DNA of 63,401 nt, filler included, from Octopus bimaculoides (lineage: Eukaryota): NCBI RefSeq assembly GCF_001194135.2. It is 12 parts of 9 records of this genome, joined end to end, with 100 filler letters (N's around TTAATTAATTAA, not from the genome) between each part and the next. Parts side by side here need not be neighbours in the genome. Positions count along the whole stretch, not along the records: positions 43,276 to 56,298 come from NC_068983.1; positions 56,399 to 60,692 come from NW_026399502.1; positions 60,793 to 62,067 come from NW_026321405.1; positions 62,168 to 63,401 come from NW_026431614.1; 8 more parts are not named here. One strand, 5' to 3'. The position numbers and the translations under genes are program-made. Below are positions 54,158 through 63,401 of this stretch, piece by piece. The stretch's first letter is position 1. Each line of letters starts with the position of its first letter. The notes under the pieces were generated by a model. That model was not told where the DNA came from. It saw only the letters and a program-made list of their open reading frames with translations, and made no database searches.

Positions 54158-54510
54158 TGGTTGGTGTGTTGGCTGAATTGTTATCACACCAGACAAAATG
54201 CTTAATGGTATTTCATCCATCTTTATATTCCGAGTTCAAATTCGCCAAGGTTTACTTTGCCTTTCATCTTTTGGGGTTGATAAAACAAGTACCTGTTGAG
54301 TTCTGGGGTTGACCTAATTGACTTAGTCCCTTCCCCAAAATTTCTAGCCTTGTTCCAAAATTCGAAACCAATATGGTTTCAAAGTTTGACACAAGGCCAG
54401 CAATTTTAGTGGTAAGTCAATTACATTGACTCCTCACCATACTCAACTGGTACTTATATTATATTAACCCTGAAAGGATGAAAAGTAAAGTTGACTTCAA
54501 CTGCATTTGA
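54158..54510. mobile_element. SINE B (+, 54158-54369) inserted into the tail of an antisense SINE B (54370-54510)
   Basis: 18-bp duplication AATATGGTTTCAAAGTTT at 54140-54157 and 54370-54387. Confidence 0.75.
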
Positions 54511-55082
54511 ACTTAGAATATATGTTAATGATATAAAGCAAAACGAAGAGGGAAGAATTCAGGATTTTGTTGGCTTATTTTGATCAGGCATCTATGAGCT
54601 TTTACTCCTTATCTATAACTATCACCTTTTTAATCTGTTCAAGAAGGATCAGTCAATTTAAAGCTAAGGTTTCCTTCAAATTCTTTAGACCTTCAGTTTC
54701 AGACACAGATTTTGACTATTAAGTTTGTCAAATACTTTAAAATAAATCTAAATATGTAATCGTGCATATTTTATGTTGGTAACTTTGTCAGGTTATTTAC
54801 ACATTATATTTGTGTAACACATTAACTGTGATTTGTAGGAACTCCATTTTAGGAAATAATGCTGCTTCAATAAACAGAAAGTGAGCACAGGTCATTGTAT
54901 TCCTGGCACTGCTATCTTGGAAACAATAGATGCCAATTATATTGATCTGTATTTCTCAGCCTTATACTTGTCTAATTCTAAAACTTTGACTATTCAAAGT
55001 ATAATCTACTTAATTTCTTTAAGTTTTATTGATGTAAGAAGTAATTAGTCTAAAACCTAACTGATGCATTTCACTTATAGTG

Positions 55083-55124
<42 letters not shown>

Positions 55125-55164
55125 ATACATACATACACACACACACACATATTTAATTCCATTG

Positions 55165-55488
55165 TCACTAATTGTGACTGAGAGTGCTAGGTAGCACCTA
55201 CATTGCTAGAAATAAGAGTTAAAAACCCTTAGAGCCACAAGAAAGCACATTTTATAAACTAACAGGGGAGATAACCACTCCACAATGAAACGAAATCACT
55301 ATAATAGACTAGTTTCACCTGAAAAGTACAAGCTCATCTGTAGTGACTACTCTATCGCTGGATGGTTTGGCTGGCAGTTATCTAACCTGTCATTATAAGA
55401 AAATGTGCTTTCTTGTGGTTCTAAGGGATTTTAACTCTTATTTCTAGCAATATAGGTGCTACCTAGCACCATCAGTTACAATTTGTGA
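55165..55488. mobile_element. Fold-back element with ~110-bp inverted arms and a central degenerate hammerhead
   Basis: 55165-55275 is the inverted repeat of 55377-55488; it shares TAGCACCT.CA.TTGCTAGAAATA.GAG.TA with the 26427 unit. Confidence 0.85.
55296..55346 (-). ncRNA. Degenerate minimal type I hammerhead motif (probably inactive)
   Basis: UCACUA CAGAUGA GCUUG-UACUUUU-CAGGU GAAA CUAG UC UAUUA UAGUGA: U4 reads A, stem III is the palindrome ACUAGU, GUC triplet, stem I offset by 5 nt. Confidence 0.6.
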
Positions 55489-56399
55489 GAATTGAATTTT
55501 TCCTTTTTAGTTTTATATTGCATATAAACTGCCTTTGTTATTTTATATATGTGTGTGTGTGTATATATATNNNNNNNNNNNNNNNNNNNNNNNNNNNNNN
55601 NNNNNNNNNNNNNNNNNNNNNNNNNNNNNNNNNNNNNNNNNNNNNNNNNNNNNNNNNNNNNNNNNNNNNNNNNNNNNNNNNNNNNNNNNNNNNNNNNNNN
55701 NNNNNNNNNNNNNNTATATATATATATTTATATATACACATACATACATATATACATACATATATATACACACACACATATTAGAGAGAATTTTGTTGTG
55801 CTAGGCCAGAACAACGTATGATGATATGAAGTAAATTACAAAAGCAAAACAAAACGGAGTTGTAGTATTACCTTATATTTCTATATTTTGGGGATAAGAC
55901 CTCTTTCTCAGGTCATTCAGAAAAGTGAGGGGTAGAAAAGGTCATTGCTTAGATATCTAGGAAGGAAGGAAGAATGTGACTTGCATAAAATAGTGTTGCT
56001 ATAGTAATCAGTTTGCTTCATGTAGTTTGTTCCTGTTCTTTATGGCTGGTCTCCATTTGTTGATATTTGGGTTGTAATTCCTGATGAATGAAGGGCTTTC
56101 ACTGCCTACATAATCTTAATTGCTTTATCTACCATATGCTGTTTACTACAATAACTAGTCCATCTGTTGGATCCACTTTGGGGAGATACTTTTTCTCCTA
56201 TGCATATTGCACATTCAGTAACCTTCATAGTAGTATTTCCATGCCTCGATTTTTTTTCTTTTTTATCAGAATCACTAAGTGCAAGTGTACCATTATTCNN
56301 NNNNNNNNNNNNNNNNNNNNNNNNNNNNNNNNNNNNNNNNNNTTAATTAATTAANNNNNNNNNNNNNNNNNNNNNNNNNNNNNNNNNNNNNNNNNNNNG

Positions 56400-56878
56400 T
56401 GTCAAAATGCTAGCTTCTTCATTCAGCACTGAGACAACATAAAGTAGTTTCGTAATAATGGCGAAAAGTAAAGAACTCACAAATTTAGTGAAAAACTTAA
56501 CAGTGAAAAGCAGGTAAAAGTTACAGGAAAACACCAGAGACCCTTTGTATTCCATTTTCTACCATATCTTCATTTATTCAAAGATATAAAAAATCGGGAA
56601 CTGTTGAAAACAGAATAAGTTCCAGTGCACCAAGCAAGATTTCCCCTAGATCTTTAAGAAAAATGAAGCGAAGTATCGAAAAAAAAAACGCAATGATCAT
56701 CAGAAAGGAGTTGCAAGAAGATTTGTTAGCTTCAGGGACGAGTGTTACACTATGAACAATCAGCAATGAACTTCATAGGAATGAACTGAAGTCATGCTCT
56801 CCTAGAAAAACTCCACTGTTGACTAAAAGGCACAGAGATGCCCGTTTAAAATTTGTTTATGAACATAAAGATAAATCC
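56400..56878 (+). mobile_element. Tc1-family transposase N-terminal (paired-like HTH) remnant
   Basis: MAKSKELT...STISSFIQRYKKSGTVENR...KISPRSLRK...ELQEDL...SPRKTPLLTKRHRDARLKF from ATG 56458; contains stops. Confidence 0.85.
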
Positions 56879-57966
56879 GCTCAATGTTACTGCCAGGACG
56901 TCGTATAAAGCAACCACGGGAACGTCATACCCATTCCGTCCTGTTACCTGACCTGAACATCATTTATATGTACCAAATGTACCAAGTTAACCCAGCCACT
57001 GAAATATCGTACTGCTTCAATACCACGATATACATGTGGAGATGCACCAAGGCATATCCCTTTGCCAGTACGACCCTCCGAAAATCATTTCATTATTGAG
57101 GGCAAGTCAGGTATAAAACCTGCACCTTATACACAGCACCCTGCTTTAGAATACTAAGTTTACAAAAAGGACAAATCTGGGGTATATTTTCCAGGTTTTG
57201 CAGTATATCTTACATCCGTGCCAGAGGCTAAGTCGAAATACATACGTTTATGTGGAAAGTGGAACCCAGTGTTGTATAATGTCGATCTCTCGCCATTTAA
57301 ACAAGAGTTAATTGTTAGCGAAATGCCAGACATTCACCAACGGATATTTCAATAAAAACTAAATTAAAATGAATAACATATATTGTATTTTGATATTTTT
57401 CATCTTTTAATGTCACCGAGATCGACTCTGCCTTTTATTTTTCGGGGTCCATATAACAAGTACCAGTTGAGCACTGAGGTCAATCTAATCGATTTATTCT
57501 CTTCCTCGAAATTGCTAGCCTTGTGCCCCAGTATTTATTATATTTTTTAAGCCTGGTACTTATTCAATCGGTCTCTGTTATCGAATCGCTGAATTACGGG
57601 GACGTAAACACACCAAAGCCGGTTGCATGGAACAAATACGCTCACATATACCACAGGTTTCTCTCAGTTTCATCTACCAAATCCACTAAGCTTTGATGAC
57701 CTCGTGACAATTGCCCACAGTGCTAAGTAGTGAGACTGAACCCAGAACCATGTGGCTGGGAAGTAAATTTCTTACCACACAGACACGGCTGCGACTATAT
57801 AATAAAATAAAAATACAACTATAAATAAAAAAAAGGAATTTTGCACATTTGAGCTAAGCTGCACAGGTTGGAACTTCAATTGCAAATTTACACAAAATTT
57901 GAACTATAATGAAAACGATAGTTTTGTTACTTATGATCCGGTTATTCAAGCTAAAAACAATCATAT

Positions 57967-58009
57967 TTAAGGTCTGAGTTGAATCAGTTTTATTCAACTC
58001 AGACCTTAA
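57967..58009. repeat. Perfect 18-bp inverted repeat with a 7-nt loop and TTAA at both ends
   Basis: TTAAGGTCTGAGTTGAAT-CAGTTTT-ATTCAACTCAGACCTTAA. Confidence 0.95.
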
Positions 58010-58983
58010 TTAACCAACTATTCACTAAACTATAAATCAAGTATATTAACTCGAAATTAAAATCTTTACTGAACTATAACCTGAGCTAAATTGTACTAAA
58101 CTATAATCTAAATTAAATACTCAACTCTCTGCAGTATTTAAAATCTCACGGTAAAACTTATAAATAAAGTAACTATCGGTATCAGCAATAACAACATTTG
58201 CACCAAACCCCATGTCACTACAACATCAAATAATATGTCCATTCTTAGTGAATTGCCATTCAAATTCCTGCAATATATTTCTCGAGAATTCACATCAGAA
58301 ACGACACAGGAGACAGAAAAAAACAGAACGAAATCACACAACATGGAGNNNNNNNNNNNNNNNNNNNNNNNNNNNNNNNNNNNNNNNNNNNNNNNNNNNN
58401 NNNNNNNNNNNNNNNNNNNNNNNNNNNNNNNNNNNNNNNNNNNNNNNNNNNNNNNNNNNNNNNNNNNNNNNNNNNNNNNNNNNNNNNNNNNNNNNNNNNN
58501 NNNNNNNNNNNNNNNNNNNNNNNNNNNNNNNNNNNNNNNNNNNNNNNNNNNNNNNNNNNNNNNNNNNNNNNNNNNNNNNNNNNNNNNNNNNNNNNNNNNN
58601 NNNNNNNNNNNNNNNNNNNNNNNNNNNNNNNNNNNNNNNNNNNNNNNNNNNNNNNNNNNNNNNNNNNNNNNNNNNNNNNNNNNNNNNNNNNNNNNNNNNN
58701 NNNNNNNNNNNNNNNNNNNNNNNNNNNNNNNNNNNNNNNNNNNNNNNNNNNNNNNNNNNNNNNNNNNNNNNNNNNNNNNNNNNNNNNNNNNNNNNNNNNN
58801 NNNNNNNNNNNNNNNNNNNNNNNNNNNNNNNNNNNNNNNNNNNNNNNNNNNNNNNNNNNNNNNNNNNNNNNNNNNNNNNNNNNNNNNNNNNNNNNNNNNN
58901 NNNNNNNNNNNNNNNNNNNNNNNNNNNNNNNNNNNNNNNNNNNNNNNNNNNNNNNNNNNNNNNNNNNNNNNNNNNNNNNNNNN

Positions 58984-59077
58984 CAATGATCTTCCCTGGG
59001 ATAAATTGAGAAACGCATACGCCAGGTTCCAGAGCCGTCTTGAGGCCGTGGTGGAAGTTGAGGGCGGCTGCCTTTAG
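58984..59077 (+). mobile_element. C-terminus of a Tc1/mariner-superfamily (maT-like) transposase
   Basis: NDLPWDKLRNAYARFQSRLEAVVEVEGGCL* matches the R-x-x-AV-x-x-x-x-GG terminal motif. Confidence 0.7.
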
Positions 59078-59099
59078 GAAATTATTTATCTCCCAGCAA

Positions 59100-60175
59100 T
59101 CATCTAATTGAAATTTTTTGAGTTTTTAAAATACTTGTGGGTGGGCTATTGCGTTTTCTTTAGTTTTTATGCAAACTGTAAAATAACAGGCATTGAAAAT
59201 ATAGATTTTTCTGTCGCTAGTTTTTGGTTTGCAAACCAGAAGTCTTTTTGTTTTTATTTCAGAAATGATTTTTACGTTTTTATTTCATACCGTTACAAAT
59301 CGAATATTGTTTTCGTTTGGCATTCACTTCCAGGAAATCCGTACGTTTTCTTTGTCTTTTGCTTGTGCATCTGGGTTCAATTGTTTGTAGTGGCATTGGT
59401 ACTTGAAAAGTATCATATGACCATTCCATTGGTTTTTTCCATTCTCTTGGGTTCGTTCTCAACGAAACTTGCTTTTAGTTGATTCCTGTGTATACCTTTT
59501 TCTTCCTTTTACCAAGTATAGCATTTTTCTTATGCGTTTGGTAATCGCGCCATCTACCCAACATTGTTTTTCGTTCTTATATGCTCTAACAAATACATTT
59601 TCACCAATTTTGAAATATCTTGCTGCATTATCCATTGCAATTTTTCTCTTCTTACCAGGTAATAATTTGTTGAAGACTGATTTTATTTTCCTTGTAAACA
59701 TCAACACTGTTGGTGACATACTTGCAGGTGTATTTGGATTTGGTGTGAACCGGTATACTCTCAGGAATTATTTTAGAGCTACCTCATCGGTGACTTATTC
59801 GGCTTTCTTAAGGCTCTCTTGAACGTATCGACAAAGCGTTCTGCTTGTCCGTTAGATCTGTGATGGCATTACTGCTCTCCGTGCATACATCAGTACGCCA
59901 TCACAAGTTGAAGTATAGGTTCACGTCTTTGTTTCGTTTCGCACAAATCCTGTTCCTATTTACTTTTCCTGTCCACACTATTCTTTCCATCTCTGTTATG
60001 AATTTGTCTCTTTCTGTATTTCGTTATATGTCTTCTAGGGTCACTGGTAATTCGCGTACTACATTCTACATTACATTTTTTATTTCTCCCTCTGATCTTA
60101 ATGCTGCGATTGCCGTATCTTCGAATGGGTTGCAGTGTTTCGGTATCAGTCTGGACAAACCATCCGCATGCCCTA
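59100..60175 (-). mobile_element. Internally deleted Gypsy pol remnant (RNase H end + integrase C-terminal half)
   Basis: GHADGLSRLIP, then SNGQAERFVDTFKRAL and FKIGENVFVRAY..W..G.I.KRI..MLY. The HHCC and first two catalytic Asp are absent (junction ~59857). Confidence 0.8.
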
Positions 60176-60270
60176 GTTTCTGGAATTTGAACTCAGAACG
60201 TAACGGCAGACGAAATACTGCTAAGCATTTCGCCCGGCGGGGGTAACGTTTCTGCCAGCTCGCCGCCTTA
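60176..60270 (-). mobile_element. SINE B head fragment
   Basis: GAATTTGAACTCAGAACGTAACGGCAGACGAAATAC.GCTAAGCATTTCGCCCGG...TCTGCCAGCTCGCCGCCTT. Confidence 0.85.
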
Positions 60271-60692
60271 TAGATGAGCTTTGTGATTGTCTCTTGTGGA
60301 ATTTCTGCCCACTTTTCACGCAACAATCAAAACAATTCATCTTTAGATTTAGGTTTCTGTTGAGTTTTTCGTATAGCTCTATCTAGTATGCCCCAAAGAT
60401 TTTCAATTCGGTTCTAGTCAGGAGATTGGCTCGGTCAAGGAAACTTTTTGATCCCATTTTCAGTCAGCCATTGTTGATTCTTTTTCGCTATGTGTCATGG
60501 AGCCCCATATTTTATGAATAAAAACTCATTTCTCGTTATGTTATCGTGTGAATATATCGGAAGTAGTTCTTGCTTAAGTATTTTTATGTATTTTTCAGAG
60601 TTTATGGTTCCAACATATTCGATCAGCTCACAACGACCATTACTGGTGACAGCTCCCCATACCATTACAGAGATACCATGTTTCACAATTGG
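60271..60692 (-). mobile_element. Tc1-family transposase catalytic-domain remnant
   Basis: KHGISVMVWGAV, INSEKYIKIL, PSQSPD.N.IENLWGILDR, LREKWAEIP; frameshifted. Confidence 0.88.
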
Positions 60693-61089
60693 NNNNNNNN
60701 NNNNNNNNNNNNNNNNNNNNNNNNNNNNNNNNNNNNTTAATTAATTAANNNNNNNNNNNNNNNNNNNNNNNNNNNNNNNNNNNNNNNNNNNNTTGTGGTG
60801 GTGAACTTTGGGGGCTTAATTTGGGACAAATCCCGTCTAAGAGACCTTCTAGGTTTGTATTCGGGGAAGCTATTCTGCCATTTGAAAATTTTTCGTCGTC
60901 AGGCTGACAGATTCCTGACAGGCGCGCTTCCATTATAACCATTGGACAAGCGACTTGGTGTACTGTTTGAATTTTTTTTTAAGTAAAGTTAAATTATAAT
61001 TAAATTTTCATTTTTTTAAAAAATTTTATTTGACAAATTTATTTTTTTTTAATATATTTTTTTAACCACTAATCTTCATACAGGGGCCG

Positions 61090-61400
61090 CGTTTATCATC
61101 ATTAGCAGCAGCACCACCAGTAGTTGTAGTAGCATCAGCAACATCACTATCAGCAGCCGCAGCAGCGGCAGTGGTAATAGTAATAGTAGTGGTAACAGCA
61201 AATCAGCAGTACCAGTGGCAGTAGTAGCAGTGGCAGTAGTAACAGCAACAGCAGCAGTGGTAGTAATATCAGTAGTAGTGACAGCAGCAACAGTGGTAGC
61301 AGCAGCAGCAGCACAGTAGTAGCAGTAGTAGTAGTGGTAGCAGCAGTAGCAGCAGCAGCAGTAGTATCAGTAGTAGTAGTAGTAGTAGTAGTAGTAAGTG
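61090..61400. repeat. (AGC)/(AGT)n low-complexity tract
   Basis: Directly visible. Confidence 0.9.
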
Positions 61401-61599
61401 CGGCTCATGTATTTTTTTTTAGTAAGATGGGACGGGGTCGGTCAAAAAGAGTTCAAATGCCCACTACTACTAGCAGCGAGCAACAGCAACAGTGACCTTG
61501 ACCTTAAGAAAAATTAAGGAAGGGCCGACTTACTCTGTTCTGTATTATTTGTGAATAGAGAAGTTGTGTTCGACCAGAGAGAATCTATTATTATTATTT

Positions 61600-61988
61600 C
61601 ACGTGCATTTCTGTTATTGCATATTTCAGCTAGTCAAGGAGTATTATTATTATTATTATTTGTTAGGTAGTATGGTTTCTTGTTTGTATTTGTCAGCTTC
61701 CTTAAATACTGGAAACAGGTTTTGGTTTTGCTCATGCTTTGTGGCTATTTGTATTAGTTTTCCTTGTTTCTGAAGTAGGTATTTTTGCAGTCCTATGGTG
61801 GTTATTTTGTAATAGTTTTCCAGCTGTATAAGATCCCTACCACCTTCTGTGCGTTGTATATATAGCCTTTCTATGTCAGATTTTGGGTGGTGCATCCTAG
61901 ATCCTGTCATTATTTTTCTTGTTTTCCTGTCTATTTTGGTTAGTTCATTTAGTGTCCAGTTAAGGATATGGTAGCTGTAACTTATAAC

Positions 61989-61990
<2 letters not shown>
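61600..61990 (-). mobile_element. Dong/R4 LINE post-RT fragment
   Basis: MHHPKSDIERLYIQRTEGGRDLIQLE, homologous to 7351-7890. Confidence 0.85.
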
Positions 61991-62019
<29 letters not shown>

Positions 62020-62214
62020 GGCAGGGGTCTTATACAGCTAGAAAACTATTATAAAATAACCACCATANNNNNNNNNNNNNNNNNNNNNNNNNNNNNNNNN
62101 NNNNNNNNNNNTTAATTAATTAANNNNNNNNNNNNNNNNNNNNNNNNNNNNNNNNNNNNNNNNNNNNATGTATGTATATATATGTATATATATATATATA
62201 TGTATGTATGTATG

Positions 62215-62415
62215 TATTTGGGCAAGTGTTTTCTAATATAGCCCTGGGCTGACCAATTTATAATGAGTGAATTTGTTAGATGGAAACTGAGAGAAGCCCG
62301 TTGTATATATATAGAAACTCTGCCAAATCAGACTGGAGCCTGGTGTTGCCATCCGGTTTCACCAGTCCTCAGTCAAATCGTCCAACCCATGCTAGCATGG
62401 AAAGCGGACGTTAAA
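62215..62415 (+). mobile_element. SINE A body joined directly to the RTE 3' tail
   Basis: GGGCAAGTG...GGAAACTGA.AGAAGCCCGTTG-(TA)n-TAGAAACTCTGCCAAATCAG...GCGGACGTTAAA with no intervening gap. Confidence 0.8.
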
Positions 62416-62431
62416 NNNNNNNNNNGCCCGT

Positions 62432-62476
<45 letters not shown>

Positions 62477-62569
62477 AGGTTTCGAGGTGATGTACAGGAA
62501 TTATATATTAGAAAAAATAATAAGGTACTCAGATATCTGGATGGTTGAACATTTACAGATTTTATAAAT

Positions 62570-63401
62570 ATTAGTGTAAGTACCTTGAGAGAAAAGTTGG
62601 ACCGAAGAAGCATCAGTTGTGGTGTGCAAGAGAGATGAGTGTGCTGGTATGGTCACTTGGCGAGAATAGATGAGGATAGCTGTGTGAAAAAGTGCCACAC
62701 CCTAGTGGTTGAGGGAACCTGTGGAAGAGGTAGGCCCAGGAAGACCTGGGATCAGGTGGTGAAGCACGACCTTCAAACATTAGGCCTCACCAAGGTAATG
62801 ACTAGTGACCGGGACCTTTGGAAATATGCTGTGCGTGAGAAGACCCAGCAAGACAAGTGAGGCCATAACCTGTGGCCTTTACCAGGGGTGTAGCCGGCCC
62901 ACTTATGCATACCTTTCCTTCTTTGAACACAAAGCCCTGCTTGCGAAGACCTGTTGAGACAAGTGAATTTGGAATTTGAAATTTGAAATCTGAAATCGAA
63001 ATTGAACCGAATCCGACGACTGGCACCCATGCCAACCTCTTCCTCATTGGACACTAAACTCTGCTTGCGAAGACCTGTTGGGGCAAGTGAAATCGTAATT
63101 GAACCATACTCAATGACTGACACCTGCTCCAGTGGTGCACTAACAGCATTGTTGAGTGTGTTCATTGCCAGAGCAGGTGTCTGGCTTCCGTGCTAGTGGC
63201 TCGTAAATAGCACCATTTGAGCGTAATCATTACCAGTGTTGCCTTCTAGCTCTTGTGCTGGTGGCATGTTAGAAAATCATTCGAGCGAGGTCATTGCCAG
63301 TGTCGCTGGACTGGCTCCTGTGCAGGTGGCACATAAAAAACACCTTTTTGGGCATGGCCGTTGCCAGTACCGTGTGACTGGCCCTCATGCCGGTGGCATG
63401 T
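62570..63401 (+). mobile_element. 5'-truncated RTE LINE: RT C-terminus and repetitive 3' UTR, running off the window
   Basis: CWYGHLARIDEDSCVKKCH...GRGRPRKTWDQVVKHDL; UTR homologous to 28020-28400. Confidence 0.92.

Noticed and set aside
56989-57000. NPAT codons as the missing second aquaporin NPA exon
   Set aside because: The flanks lack TG(A/C)SMNPARS.GP and WxxHW context.
56400-60692. Tc1 N-terminal and C-terminal fragments as one element
   Set aside because: Opposite strands, separated by other insertions and a gap, with no TIR pair visible.
60880-60905. Hammerhead-like CUGACGA-C-GAAA on the minus strand
   Set aside because: No room for stem II.

Overview
AT-rich, microsatellite-dense eukaryotic genomic DNA, most likely an octopus/cephalopod scaffold (inferred from degenerate TTAGGG tracts and the SINE/RTE/Dong-R4 repeat complement). 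It is a gappy assembly with eleven 100-bp N-TTAATTAATTAA-N spacers, so order and adjacency across them are uncertain. The only recognisable host-gene piece is one aquaporin (AQP1/AQP4-type) exon at 5004-5362, which has a frameshift, two conserved His substitutions and a duplicated splice donor. The rest is transposon debris: three tRNA-type SINE families, RTE LINEs, Dong/R4 LINEs in (TAA)n and (GAA)n arrays, a Penelope-like element, two Gypsy remnants, Tc1/mariner fragments and MITEs. The most notable observation is four type I hammerhead ribozyme motifs read by eye (14841-14894, 26587-26648, 39077-39121, 55296-55346). Three of them sit in ORF-less fold-back elements, and one of those has a 445-bp tandem period. 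This fits a retrozyme-like or Penelope-dependent family of self-cleaving, possibly circular RNAs. All calls were made by eye, without alignments or folding software.
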